Shown: positions 1-10,086, counted from the stretch's first letter. The stretch is DNA of 64,000 nt from Elusimicrobiales bacterium (GCA_028688015.1 JAQTZB010000012.1:11268-75267); one strand, 5' to 3'. A program made the numbers and translations. The notes: generated by a model from the letters alone, not told the origin.

Positions 1-3000
1 GCCGTTATGGAATCGGCCGAAACCTGGGTTATCGGCGCCGCCACGGGGGCCTGCAGACCGGCGGTCTTCACCGCGCCGAGGCCGGCGTAGGCGGTGTAAA
101 GGCCGTTGCGGTTCACCGCCCTGGCCCGGAAATAGTAGGTGGTGGAGAAGACCAGGTCCGTGAAGGCGTAGGACGCGCCGTACTCCGGCGCGGTGGCGGC
201 CGAAACCTGGTAAAGAACACCCGGGTTGAAGTCCTGGGCGCTGGAAACCTGCACCTCGTAGAGCGTGCCGACCGGATTGCCGTTCTGCTCCCAGGCCGCG
301 GTGAAGCCGGCGTTGGTCACGGCGCTGAAGGTGGACACCGCGGTGAGCGGCAGATTGGCCAGCGTGGCGGTGCCGGCGGCCGCGGTATACGCCGTGGACA
401 CGCCGTTACGGTTGCGGCCGGCCACGGTGAAGTAGTAGGTGGTGTTAGCGTAAAGGCCGGCGGAACTCAGGTAGAGGTTATACGTATCCGAACTCACCGC
501 CACAGCGCCTCCCGGGTTAAGCGGGTCCTGGGCGGTGGAAGAATAGACCTGGTACAGCGTGCCCGCCGCATTGCCGTTGGCGGACCAGTTGAATGTAGCC
601 GAAGAGGGGCCTATATAGGTGAAGCCCGCGGCCACCGGCGGATAGGCCAGCAGTGTCGCGGTGCCGGCCGCCGTGGTATAGGCGGTAGTGATCCCGTTAT
701 TGCCCACTGCCGCTACACGGAAGTAATAAGTGGCGTCGGGGTTCAGGCCCGAAGAGGAGAAGAACAGGTCATAGGTTTCGGAAAGCGTGGCAGCCGCGCC
801 GCCGGGGACCAGGGGGTCAGGCGCCGTGGAGACCGCCACGCTGTAGCGGGTGCGCGGGAAGGGGTTGCCTTCCGCCGACCAGTTGAAGGTGGCCGCGTAC
901 GGTCCCACGCCGGTGAAGCCGGCCGCGGCCGGCGCCCGGGCCGGAGTGGTGGTGGAACGCGAAATGGTATAGGCCGTCAGGACGCCGTCCTTGTTCACGC
1001 CGGCCACGCGGAAGTAATAAGCGGTATTGGCGTCCAGGCCGGCGGAACTCAGGTAGGTATTGTAGGTGTCGGAACTGCTCACCACGGCGCCCGCCGGGAC
1101 TAGCGGGTTGTAGGCGGTGGAGACCAGCACGCGGTAGCGCGTGCCCGGGTCGGCGTTGCCGTTGGCGGACCAGTTGAACCGCGCCGAGTTGTAGCCCACG
1201 TCGGCGAAGGACAGATAAACCGGCGCCTTGGCCAGCAGCGTGGCCGCGGCCGGGTACTGGAACCAGGGCCCCGACACTTCGTCGCCGTTGGCCCGGACGA
1301 ACAGGTAATACACCGTGTCCGCCACCAGCGCCGGGCTGAAGACCGCCGCGGCGGCCGCGCCGTTGCCCACGGTGACGCTGGAGGCGTAGATGGCCGTCGG
1401 CGGGTTGTCCGGGGCGAGCGAGGCCGCCAGGGTGTAGCCGGTGGCGCCGCCCACCAGCGACCAGGAAGCCGCTATGGAGGAAACGAACACCCCTGTTACG
1501 GCGCCCTCGGCCGGAGTGCCCAACTGGCCTATCGCCAGGGTAACACCGCTCTGTGCGGCGTAGGCCGTATAAATGCCGTTATTATTGACCGCGGCCGCCC
1601 TGAAATAATGCGTCTTATTGGATTCCAGGCCGGCGGTGGAGAGGAACAGGTCGTAGACGTAATGCGAGGTCACGGCCGCGCCGCCGGGAGCCTGCGGGTC
1701 CGGCGCGGTGGAGACCAGCACGCGGTACAAGGTGCCGTCGCGGTTGCCGTCGGCGTACCAGTTGAGCTGCAGCACGTGCGTGGCCTCGCCGGTGATGTAG
1801 AGGCCGGCCGGCTGGGCGGCCAGCGTGGAGGTGCCGGCAGCCGCGCTATAAGCGGTGGGCACGCCGTTGTTATTGAGGCCGGCCACCCGGAAATAATGCG
1901 TGGTATTGGCCGCCAGCCCTGCCAGGTTCAGCGAGGAGCTGTAGGTATCAGAAGAGGTAACCGCCGCGCCCGCGGGAGAAAGCGGATCAGCGGCGGTGGA
2001 GGCCAGCACGCGGTAGCGCGTGCCCGCGGGATTGCCGCCGGAGGTCCAGGAGAACACCACGGAGCCGGTGGAAACTCCGGAGAACCCGCCCGTCGCCGGG
2101 GCGTAGCCCAGCAGCGTGGAGGTGCCGGCGGCGGCCGTGTAGGCGGTGAGAACCCCGCTCTTGCCCACTCCGGCCACACTGAAATAATAAGTAGTATTGG
2201 CCGCCAGGCCCGAAGAACTTAGATAGGTATTGTAAGTGTCCGACGAGGTCACCGCCGCCCCGGCCGGCGCGCCCGGGTCCGCGGCCGTGGAGGCCAGCAC
2301 GCGGTAGCGCGTGCCGGGGTCCGCATTGCCTCCCGCCGTCCAGTCGAAGGTCAGCGCGCCCGCTTCAACGGCGGCGAAGCCGGCGGCCAGCGGCGGGTAG
2401 GCCAGCGGCGTGGCGGTGGCGACGGCGGCCGTATAGGCGCTGGCGGACCCGTTATAGCCTATAGCGGCGGCGCGGAAATAATATGTGGTATCGGCATCCA
2501 AGCCAGTGAAAACAGCAGGGCTGTCGTAGGTGTCGGAATAAGTGGTGAACAGGCCCTGCGGGTCCAGCGGGTCCGGCGCCAGCGAGGCGTAGACGCGGTA
2601 CAGCGTGCCGGCCGGATTGCCGCCGGAGGTCCAGTTGAAACCCGCTTCAGAAGCGATCACGCCCGAAAAGCCTGAGAAGGCCGGCGACGCGGCATTGGTG
2701 GCCATGCCCGAGGCCGCCGAGTAGGCGGTGGGCACGCCGCCTTTGTTGAGGCCGGCCACGCGGAAATAATAGGTGGTATTGGCCGCAAGGCCCGCGGAGC
2801 TCAACCAGGTGTTATAGGTGTCCGAAGAAGTCACCACGGCGCCCGCTGGCGCCGCCGGGTCCGCCGCCGTGGAGGCCAGCACGCGGTAGTGAGTGCCGGC
2901 CGGATTGCCGCCTGAAGTCCAGTTGAACCGCAGCGAATCTGCGGCCAAATCGGTAAAAGCGGCCGGTTCGGGCACATAAGGCAGCAGCGTGGCGATACCT

Positions 3001-6000
3001 ACGGGCGCCGTATAGGCGGTAAGCGCGCCGCCCTTGCCCAGGCCGGCCGCGCGGAAATAATAGGTGGTGTCCGGAGCCAGCCCGGCGGAAGAAAGGGAAA
3101 GGCTGTAGGTGTCGTGAACGGAGACCATGGCGCCGGCCGGGGCGGCAGGGTCGGGCGCGGTGGAGACCAGCACCCGGAACAGGGTGCCCGGGTAGGCGTT
3201 GCCGTTGGCCGACCAGGAGAAGGTGACGGAGTCCGCCTCCACGCCGGCTATGGCGGCGGCCGCCGGCGGGTAGGCCAGCAGCGTGTATGTGGCCGGGTAG
3301 GCCTCCCAGGAGCTGGAGGCGCCGGGACCGTTGGTGCGGACGAAGAGGTGGTAAAGCGTATCCGGCGCCAGGGCGGGGGTGTCCAGCGTAGCGCCAGTTG
3401 TATTGTGCACAGTGCTGGAAACATAAATATCGGCCGGTGGATTCAGGGAGCTGACCGACGCGGCCAGGGTATAACCGGTAGCGCCCTCCACCAGCGACCA
3501 GGAGGCCGAAGCCGCCGCGGCTGTAACGCCGCTCAGCGCGCCTATGGCGGGGCGGGCCGGGGCAAGCGGCTCTGCCAGTTGCATCCAGGCGTCGCCGCTG
3601 ACGCCGGGAGTGGCGCCGCCAAGGGTGGCTGTGACGTTATAGCCGTTAGCCAGCGTAGCGCCGTTGGCGTCGTCTATATGCCAGCGCACGGCCAGCCTGT
3701 CGCCGTTGGAGAGAGCGGTGGACGCCGGAATTTTACCCCAGTTCTGCAGCTGCAGCACGGCGCTGGACACCTCGCCGCGGGACAGGACCACGGAGGCGAT
3801 GACGGATTGTATGGCGCCGGCGCCATCCGCGCGCAGCAGCTCGGCCGTGATAGTGGCGTTGGCCCTGAAATTGCTCTCTCTCGCCCAGAGGTTGAAGGTG
3901 ACGTTGCCGGCTATGGTGACGTCGTCAAGCGGCGGCGAATACCAGGTCACGGCGCTGCCACCGGCCGCTTCGCTGAACTGGGTCGTGATCAGTGGCGGGG
4001 TAGTGGGGCCGGCGAAGGTGTTCTTGGTATAGGTGACCACCGCGGCCCCGGCGGCCCGGGTCAGGTAGCGGGAATTCACCGCGTCCACCGGGGTGACGGA
4101 GTCCTGGAAATAAAGTTTGGTGGCGTTAGCGAACAGCGTAACGGTGGACTGCGCCGCCGTATAAGCGGTGAGCACCCCGTCGTTGTTGCGGGCCGCCACG
4201 CGGCAGTAATAGGTGGTCTGCGTGGGCAGGCCGGACAGGAGCAGGCTAGATTCTTCCGTCTCTCCGGTGACAACGTCCGCGCCGGAAGGGTTCAGCGGAT
4301 CGGCCGCGGTGGAAGCCGCCACCAGGTAGACGGTGTCCGGGTAGACATTGTCTCCCGCCGTCCAGTTGAGGCGTATGGAACCGTAGGTGACGTCGCTGAA
4401 ACCGGAGAAGACCGGCGCCGCCGCCAGCGTGGAGGTGGAGGCCGCCGCCGAATAGTCCCAGGCGGCGCCGTTGTTGTTGAGCCCGGCCGCGCGGAAATAA
4501 TAGCGCGTGTTGCCGGACAGGCCGGAGGTGGAGAGCGAGAGGTTGTAAGTGTCCGAGGAGGTGACCGCGGCCCCGTCGGGCGAGGCAGGGTCCGGCGCGG
4601 TAGAGACCAGCACCCGGTAGCGCAGGCCGCCGGGCAGGGAGCCGGTGGTCCAGCCGAAGGTTATGGCGCCGCTGCCCATACCCGAGAAACCGGAGAAGAC
4701 CGGCGCGCCCGAGAGCAGCGTGGAGGTGCCTTGCGGCGCGCTGTAGGCGGAAACCACCCCGTCATGGTTCACGGCGGCCACCCTGAAATAGTAGGTGGTG
4801 TTGGCGGAGAGCCCAGCGGAGGAGGCGCCGAGCTCATAAACATCGGAATATGTGACCGCGGCCCCGCCCGGGACCAGCGGGTTGGAGGCGGTGGAGACGG
4901 CCACCCGGTACCCGGACCCGGCCGGGTTGCCGTTGGCTGTCCAGCCGAAAGTGAGGTTCTCCGGGGTGAGGCCGGAGAAGCCGGCCGGCAGCGGCGGGTT
5001 TGCCAGCGTGGAGGTGGACTGCAGCGCCGAATAGGAAGTGAGCACCCCGTTATTATTCACGCCGGCGACGCGGAAATAATAGACGGTGTTGGCCGCCAGG
5101 CCCGCGGTAGCCAGGAACAGGTCGTAGGTGTCGTAAACGCCGGCATCCGGCGCGTCACGCGGGTCGCCGCCGGCCGCCGCTATCACGCGGTAGAGGGTCC
5201 CGGATGGGTTTCCATTGTGCGCCCAGTTGAACTTCATGCCGCCCTCGGCCACCTCGCTGAAGCCGGCGAAGACAGGGTCGAAGGCCAGCAGCGTGGAGGT
5301 GCCGGCCGCGGCCGTATAAGCGGTAAGAGACCCGGCAACACTTACTCCGGCCACACGGAAGTAATAGGTGGTATTAACACTGAGCCCGGCCGAAGTGAGG
5401 AACAGCTCGTAGGTGTCGGTAACGGTGGCCGCGGCGCCGGCCGGGGCGTTCGGGTCCGGCGCGGTGGAGACGGCCACCCGGTACAGCGTGCCGTCGGGAT
5501 TGCCGCCGGAGGTCCAGTTGAAACGCATGGTTTCGGCACCGACATTGGTAAAACCGTCTAAGGCCGGCGCGCCGGCCAGCGCGGTGGCTGTACTCTGGAT
5601 CGCGATATACTCCGAGACCGCCCCCACGGAGTTCACCGCCGCGGCCCTGAAGTAGTAGAAAGTGTCCGGGGTCAGCCCGGCGGTGGTCAGGAACAGGTTG
5701 TAGGTGTCGGAGACGGTGACGGCCGCGCCGTCCGGAGCCAGCGGGTCCGGCGCAGTGGAGACCGCCACCCGGTACAGCGTGCCGGGGGCGTTGCCGTTGG
5801 CCGTCCAATCCAGACGCGCCGAAGCGGAACCCACCTCGCTGAAACCGGAGAAAACCGGCGCCGCGGCCAGGGTCACCGCGTCGGCCGGTTCGGTATAATC
5901 CGTTTCCAGACCGCCCTTGCCGCGCGCCGCCACCCTGGTGAAATAGCGGGTATCCGGGTCAAGGCCGGAGAAGTCATGGTACAGCCCGGCCACGTCGGCG

Positions 6001-8234
6001 GAGAAAACCGGGTGGCCCTCCGGACTGAGCGGGTCCGGGGATTCCGACAGCAGCACGCGGTAAACCGTATCCCCGGCATTGCCATTGGCCGTCCAGTTGA
6101 CGCGCAGGCCGTCGGCTGCGATGTCCGTGAAGGCCGAGAACTGCGGCATATTGGCCAGCGTGGCCGAGCCTATGGCCCCGGTATAAGCGGTGACCAGGCC
6201 GTCCTTGTTGAGGCCGGCCGCCCTGAAATAGTAGGTGGTGTCGGCGGCCAGGGCGGAGGCGTACAGCACAAGGTTATAGGTGTCGGACGAGTCCACGACT
6301 GCGCCGGCCGGAGCCAGCGGGTCGGGAGCTGTGGAGACCAGCACCCGGTAGCGGGTACCCCCGGGATTGCCATTGCCGCTCCAGGAGAAGATCATGGAGT
6401 CATTGGCCAGCCCTGACAGCGCGGGTGAGACAGGCGCGAATTGCACCCGGGTGGCCGCCGGGGTGAAGGCATACCAGGAGCCGGCCACATTGGCCGCGCC
6501 GGCGCGCACAAAGAAATAGTAGCTGGTATCGGGCGTCAGGGCCGGCGAGGCGAAAAGGGAGGCGCTCAGCCCGGCGGTCTCGCTGGAGGTGTAAATAGCC
6601 GTCGGGGGATCGTCCGGAGACAGCGAGGCCGCCAGCATGTAGCCGGTGGCCCCGGCGACCAGGCTCCAGGAGGCCGTGACCGAGGTGACGAAGATATCCG
6701 TCAGGGAGCCCGCGGCCGGAGAGCCCAGCGCGCCAAGGCTGAGCGTCCTTTCATTGACCGCGCCCGCATAGGCCGTAAGGACGCCGTTATGGTTCACCGC
6801 GGCGGCGCGGAAGTAATAGTAGGCGAAGGGCTCCAGGCCGGCCGAACTCAGGTAGAGAGAATAGGTGTCGTGATAGGTGACGGCGGCCCCCGACGGAGAC
6901 AAAGGGTTCGCCGCGGTAGAGACCGCCACCCGGTAAAGGGTGTCCTCCGGGTTGCCGGAGGCGTCCCAGTTCAGCTGTATGGCGTCCTCGGTAACGCCGG
7001 TAAAGTAGAAGCCGGCCGGCTGCAGGGCCAGCGTGGTGGTGGCGGCGGCGGCTGAATAGGCGGAATACTGGCCGGCCCGGTTCACGGCCGCGGCCCTGAA
7101 GTAGTAGGTGGTATCGGCCGCGAGCCCCGTAGTGGACAGCGAGAGCGAATAGGTGTCCGAAGAGGAATACAGGGCCGCTCCTGGCGCGGCCGGGTCCGGG
7201 GCGGTGGAGACCAGCACATTATAGAGCGTGCCGGGAGGATTGCCGTTCCCACCCCAGCTGAAGGTCAGCGCAGCGGCGCCGACCCCGGAGAGGCCGGCCG
7301 GGGCGGGGATCTTGGCCAGGGTAGCCGCGCCCTGCGGCAAGAAGTAGTAACTCACTGTCCCGCCGGCCGCGGCCAGGGCGGCCACGCGGAAATAGTAGGT
7401 GGTATTGGCCGCCAGCCCAGAGGTGCTCAGTGAAGTGTTATAAGTGTCGGAAGAACTCACCAGGGCGCCGGCCGGGGCCAGCGGGTCCGGCGCGGTGGAC
7501 ACCAGCACCCGGTAGCGCGAGCCCGGCGCGTTGCCGGAGCCGGTCCAGGAAAGGCCTATGGCGCTCTCCGTTACCCCGGAGAAAGAACCGAAGGAGGGCG
7601 CATAAAGGCGGGCCTGGGCCGTGGTGCCGTTGGAGAGATAACTCCAGCCGTTCCAGGCGGCCCGGGCTTTTATGGCGAAATAATAAGTGCCGCCGCCCAC
7701 AAGGCCGGAGAAGTTCAATTGCTCGGGCTGGCCCTGGGCGGCAGGTACCGGAACGGAGAGAAAATCTGTGGCGGAATGGGCCAGCAGGAACTGCGCCTCG
7801 CCCAGGGCCGGGGAACCCTCGGGATAGGTGGAGTAGCGTATCTCGTAGGCCTCGGCGGCGCCGGTATAGCCGTCGGCCGACGGCGCGGTCCAGGCCAGGC
7901 CGAGGCCGCCGTCGGAAACCCCGCCGGAGGCGGCCAGGTTCAGAATGGTCTCCGGCCAGGCGGCCAGGTTGCCGAAGCCGGCCTGCAGCGTATAGTTGCC
8001 GGAAGCGTAGGCCGCCGTCCCGGCTTCGCCCAGCACCGTCAGGCTGTTATAGCCGGCGGAAGCCGCCGAGGAACCGCCGGCGTCCACCGCGGCCGGGCGC
8101 AGGTCCTGGGTGGGCCCGGAGAAAGAGCCGCCCGCGGCGTAAGCGGGGAATAAAAGGACAAGGCAGAACCAGGCCGGCAATATGCCGGCAGGCAGGCCGC
8201 GGCGCGCGGCGCTAAACCCTGACCTCATGTTCAT
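1..8234 (-). CDS. Giant secreted cell-surface protein built from tandem fibronectin type III (FN3)-like modules. The N-terminus is in the window and the C-terminus runs off the left edge (partial, >=2744 codons).
   Basis: Hand translation from ATG at 8234-8232 gives MNMRSGFSAARRGLPAGILPAWFCLVLLFPAYAAGGSF..., a signal-peptide-like start. It continues with repeating ...LSWTGSGNAPGSRYRVLVSTAPDP...NTTYYFRVAA... units. All listed minus-strand ORFs in 1-8200 are in the other two frames, consistent with one open frame reaching position 1. The long + strand ORFs here are R/G-rich antisense shadows. Confidence 0.8.
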   Translation of the reverse strand, partial: MNMRSGFSAARRGLPAGILPAWFCLVLLFPAYAAGGSFSGPTQDLRPAAVDAGGSSAASAGYNSLTVLGEAGTAAYASGNYTLQAGFGNLAAWPETILNLAASGGVSDGGLGLAWTAPSADGYTGAAEAYEIRYSTYPEGSPALGEAQFLLAHSATDFLSVPVPAAQGQPEQLNFSGLVGGGTYYFAIKARAAWNGWSYLSNGTTAQARLYAPSFGSFSGVTESAIGLSWTGSGNAPGSRYRVLVSTAPDPLAPAGALVSSSDTYNTSLSTSGLAANTTYYFRVAALAAAGGTVSYYFLPQGAATLAKIPAPAGLSGVGAAALTFSWGGNGNPPGTLYNVLVSTAPDPAAPGAALYSSSDTYSLSLSTTGLAADTTYYFRAAAVNRAGQYSAYSAAAATTTLALQPAGFYFTGVTEDAIQLNWDASGNPEDTLYRVAVSTAANPLSPSGAAVTYHDTYSLYLSSAGLEPFAYYYFRAAAVNHNGVLTAYAGAVNERTLSLGALGSPAAGSLTDIFVTSVTASWSLVAGATGYMLAASLSPDDPPTAIYTSSETAGLSASLFASPALTPDTSYYFFVRAGAANVAGSWYAFTPAATRVQFAPVSPALSGLANDSMIFSWSGNGNPGGTRYRVLVSTAPDPLAPAGAVVDSSDTYNLVLYASALAADTTYYFRAAGLNKDGLVTAYTGAIGSATLANMPQFSAFTDIAADGLRVNWTANGNAGDTVYRVLLSESPDPLSPEGHPVFSADVAGLYHDFSGLDPDTRYFTRVAARGKGGLETDYTEPADAVTLAAAPVFSGFSEVGSASARLDWTANGNAPGTLYRVAVSTAPDPLAPDGAAVTVSDTYNLFLTTAGLTPDTFYYFRAAAVNSVGAVSEYIAIQSTATALAGAPALDGFTNVGAETMRFNWTSGGNPDGTLYRVAVSTAPDPNAPAGAAATVTDTYELFLTSAGLSVNTTYYFRVAGVSVAGSLTAYTAAAGTSTLLAFDPVFAGFSEVAEGGMKFNWAHNGNPSGTLYRVIAAAGGDPRDAPDAGVYDTYDLFLATAGLAANTVYYFRVAGVNNNGVLTSYSALQSTSTLANPPLPAGFSGLTPENLTFGWTANGNPAGSGYRVAVSTASNPLVPGGAAVTYSDVYELGASSAGLSANTTYYFRVAAVNHDGVVSAYSAPQGTSTLLSGAPVFSGFSGMGSGAITFGWTTGSLPGGLRYRVLVSTAPDPASPDGAAVTSSDTYNLSLSTSGLSGNTRYYFRAAGLNNNGAAWDYSAAASTSTLAAAPVFSGFSDVTYGSIRLNWTAGDNVYPDTVYLVAASTAADPLNPSGADVVTGETEESSLLLSGLPTQTTYYCRVAARNNDGVLTAYTAAQSTVTLFANATKLYFQDSVTPVDAVNSRYLTRAAGAAVVTYTKNTFAGPTTPPLITTQFSEAAGGSAVTWYSPPLDDVTIAGNVTFNLWARESNFRANATITAELLRADGAGAIQSVIASVVLSRGEVSSAVLQLQNWGKIPASTALSNGDRLAVRWHIDDANGATLANGYNVTATLGGATPGVSGDAWMQLAEPLAPARPAIGALSGVTAAAASASWSLVEGATGYTLAASVSSLNPPADIYVSSTVHNTTGATLDTPALAPDTLYHLFVRTNGPGASSSWEAYPATYTLLAYPPAAAAIAGVEADSVTFSWSANGNAYPGTLFRVLVSTAPDPAAPAGAMVSVHDTYSLSLSSAGLAPDTTYYFRAAGLGKGGALTAYTAPVGIATLLPYVPEPAAFTDLAADSLRFNWTSGGNPAGTHYRVLASTAADPAAPAGAVVTSSDTYNTWLSSAGLAANTTYYFRVAGLNKGGVPTAYSAASGMATNAASPAFSGFSGVIASEAGFNWTSGGNPAGTLYRVYASLAPDPLDPQGLFTTYSDTYDSPAVFTGLDADTTYYFRAAAIGYNGSASAYTAAVATATPLAYPPLAAGFAAVEAGALTFDWTAGGNADPGTRYRVLASTAADPGAPAGAAVTSSDTYNTYLSSSGLAANTTYYFSVAGVGKSGVLTAYTAAAGTSTLLGYAPATGGFSGVSTGSVVFSWTSGGNPAGTRYRVLASTAADPLSPAGAAVTSSDTYSSSLNLAGLAANTTHYFRVAGLNNNGVPTAYSAAAGTSTLAAQPAGLYITGEATHVLQLNWYADGNRDGTLYRVLVSTAPDPQAPGGAAVTSHYVYDLFLSTAGLESNKTHYFRAAAVNNNGIYTAYAAQSGVTLAIGQLGTPAEGAVTGVFVSSIAASWSLVGGATGYTLAASLAPDNPPTAIYASSVTVGNGAAAAAVFSPALVADTVYYLFVRANGDEVSGPWFQYPAAATLLAKAPVYLSFADVGYNSARFNWSANGNADPGTRYRVLVSTAYNPLVPAGAVVSSSDTYNTYLSSAGLDANTAYYFRVAGVNKDGVLTAYTISRSTTTPARAPAAAGFTGVGPYAATFNWSAEGNPFPRTRYSVAVSTAPDPLVPGGAAATLSETYDLFFSSSGLNPDATYYFRVAAVGNNGITTAYTTAAGTATLLAYPPVAAGFTYIGPSSATFNWSANGNAAGTLYQVYSSTAQDPLNPGGAVAVSSDTYNLYLSSAGLYANTTYYFTVAGRNRNGVSTAYTAAAGTATLANLPLTAVSTFSAVTNAGFTAAWEQNGNPVGTLYEVQVSSAQDFNPGVLYQVSAATAPEYGASYAFTDLVFSTTYYFRARAVNRNGLYTAYAGLGAVKTAGLQAPVAAPITQVSADSIT
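120..7700 (-). repeat. About 25 tandem coding repeats of roughly 290 nt (FN3 modules), with three variant modules and one non-repeat insert.
   Basis: The Y-Y-F-R/Y-F-R codon block (plus-strand gaaataataggtgg / gaagtagtaggtgg and variants) recurs near 135, 435, 725, 1015, 1305, 1605, 1885, 2180, 2478, 2768, 3058, 3350, 4205, 4497, 4790, 5075, 5365, 5650, 5945, 6230, 6520, 6815, 7100, 7395 and 7680. Confidence 0.75.
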
Positions 8235-8262
8235 AAGGGACTTTGAAGTTCCGTTCCGCTCC

Positions 8263-9453
8263 TTATATGCCGCCCACCTTCTGCGCTATCACATAGCTGC
8301 CGGCCAGCACGGTAAGACTGCCGCTGGTACTGGGCGCCCACTGCAGGGTCACGCTGCCGATAGTGCTGGCCGTTATCCAACCCTGCAGGTAGACATTGTA
8401 GGGGATGGCGCTGCCGATGATAGACGTATTTGACATGGCGGTGGGAGCGGCATCGCAGTCGGTGGTATCGGCCTGCAGGAAGGCCGCACCTGCCGTCTCG
8501 GAGCCGGACTGCACCACCCGGCAGGTCCAGCCGGCCGCCCCGCGTATGGCCGCCTTCCAGTCAGGGGTGGAACTGTTGTTGTTGGAGACCAGCAGCCGGA
8601 ACTCGAAGATCCAGGTCTCCCCGGCCGCCACCGCGAAGGACAGTGCATCGTCGTCCTGCAGGGTAGTGCCGTTTGGCACGTTCTCATCGGCGTCCTTTAC
8701 CACGAACCGCATCGTCGTGGCCGGCGCCCAGGAAGCGTCGCCGCGCAGGAACTGCGTGGTGGAGCCGGAAGCCTTGGGGGTCAGCCCGTGACGCAATGTG
8801 GAAACATTGGCCGCCGTCACATCGGAAAGATCCAGCGCTCCCTCGTAAACAGCTCCCGCGGCCACCGATGAGACAATGACATTGGCCCCGAGGCTCCCGG
8901 CAGTGGCCAGCTTGCTTATAGCTATGGCCGCGGCGGGGGCAATATCGGCGTCGCTTATTATACCGTCCACTATTTGGTTACCGTTGTTTATCGCTCCCAC
9001 CGCCACGGAAGAGATCCTGAGCAGGACGGAGCCGTCATTGTCCGTCAGCGCGTCGGCGACCGAGGATTTGAAGCTGTAAGGCCCGGCGGTCAGCCGCTCG
9101 CGCGGGCTCAGGGTCTCGCCGGCCACGGCTATCTCAAGGTAGCGCGAGTCCGAGGCGAAGACGGCGCCGTCTATGGCCGCCGCCGCCCCAAGTTGCACGG
9201 CGAAGACGCCGTTAGTCACGGTGACGGTCTGGTTCTCCGTCCACAGGCAGGGATTGCCCACGGCGCAGGGCGCCGAGCAGGTGGCGGCCAGCGAGTTGCA
9301 GATCTTGAAGCTCATCAGGAAGTCGCCGTTCCTGGGCAGTTTACTGGAATCCAGCAGCCGGCCCTGGAAATTCACCAGGCCCGGCACGGCAGCGGAAGCG
9401 GAAAGCGCTCCGGCCAGCGACAGCCATAGGGCTAAAGTGGTAATTTTGCTCAT
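8263..9453 (-). CDS. Secreted hypothetical protein. The N-terminal module resembles those of tail-fibre-like or surface-fibre proteins.
   Basis: ORF 8263..9480. I prefer the internal start MSKITTLALWLSLAGALSASAA (signal peptide), which also avoids overlap with the upstream Rrf2 gene. The N-terminal VNFQGRLLDSSKLPRNGDFLMSFKI...YLEIAV...PYSF pattern is recalled from fibre-like proteins. No catalytic motif seen. Confidence 0.55.
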   Translation of the reverse strand: MSKITTLALWLSLAGALSASAAVPGLVNFQGRLLDSSKLPRNGDFLMSFKICNSLAATCSAPCAVGNPCLWTENQTVTVTNGVFAVQLGAAAAIDGAVFASDSRYLEIAVAGETLSPRERLTAGPYSFKSSVADALTDNDGSVLLRISSVAVGAINNGNQIVDGIISDADIAPAAAIAISKLATAGSLGANVIVSSVAAGAVYEGALDLSDVTAANVSTLRHGLTPKASGSTTQFLRGDASWAPATTMRFVVKDADENVPNGTTLQDDDALSFAVAAGETWIFEFRLLVSNNNSSTPDWKAAIRGAAGWTCRVVQSGSETAGAAFLQADTTDCDAAPTAMSNTSIIGSAIPYNVYLQGWITASTIGSVTLQWAPSTSGSLTVLAGSYVIAQKVGGI

Positions 9454-9463
9454 AATCTTTCTC

Positions 9464-9925
9464 CTATTCCTCGTCCGCACCGCCGCCGGCCGCGCCTGCC
9501 TGCGGAGCCTCGCCTTTGATCCTGCGCGTCTTCTCGTCTTTCTGCCGCTCTTCTTCCTTCATCATCTCCACGATATCCTGCACGGTGAGCCCCACCAGCC
9601 AGTGGTTGACCTCTTCGCGCAGTTTCTTGTAAAGCTTGCCGGGAACCTCCTCGCGCCCCCCCTCCGGGGCGTGGTTAAAAGTGAAAGCCTCCATGAGGCC
9701 CCAAACGCTGATATCGTCGAGGTCCCTGGCCAAGCGGTAGCCCTTGCCCTTCTGCGACTCCACGAAACCGGCGTGCACCAGCGCCTGCAGCACCTTGTTG
9801 CAGTACGGCGCTGGCAGGCCCTGGAAGCGGGCTATCTCCGCCACCTGGTTCCAGCGGCCTCCGTTGTTGGCCCCGAGGTAATGCAGGCAGGCGAGGCCGT
9901 AGGCTAACGTGCGGTTCATCCTCAT
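9464..9925 (-). CDS. Rrf2 family transcriptional regulator with an acidic/basic low-complexity tail.
   Basis: N-terminal winged-helix pattern typical of Rrf2/BadM: TLAYGLACLHYLGAN...QVAEIARFQGLPAPYCNKVLQALVHAGFVESQKGKGYRLA. There is no three-Cys cluster, so it is probably not an Fe-S type. Confidence 0.7.
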   Translation of the reverse strand: MRMNRTLAYGLACLHYLGANNGGRWNQVAEIARFQGLPAPYCNKVLQALVHAGFVESQKGKGYRLARDLDDISVWGLMEAFTFNHAPEGGREEVPGKLYKKLREEVNHWLVGLTVQDIVEMMKEEERQKDEKTRRIKGEAPQAGAAGGGADEE

Positions 9926-10007
9926 AAAAATCCCGAGTCGACTTACACAGCGCGCTGATCTTTCAGGTGACCAGCCGCCATTGGATACAACTTATCCGAT
10001 GACGGCA

Positions 10008-10041
10008 CAAAAAAATAGACGGCAGTATAAGACCCCGCTGT
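10008..10041 (-). terminator. Possible intrinsic terminator after the radical SAM gene.
   Basis: The minus strand reads gacagcgg-loop-ctgccgtc (imperfect stem, one mismatch and one G-U) followed by tattttttt. Confidence 0.35.
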
Positions 10042-10086
10042 CCATTGATATTAATAGTATAGCAGACCAATAACCGCAGTCAAGGC

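Noticed and set aside
1608-8215. Long + strand ORFs (for example 3114..5561 at 815 aa, 7430..8215, 1608..2222) across the first 8 kb.
   Set aside because: They are extremely Arg/Gly/Ala/Pro-rich with no motifs. They lie antisense to a frame encoding coherent FN3 modules with a signal peptide, which makes them typical high-GC shadow ORFs.
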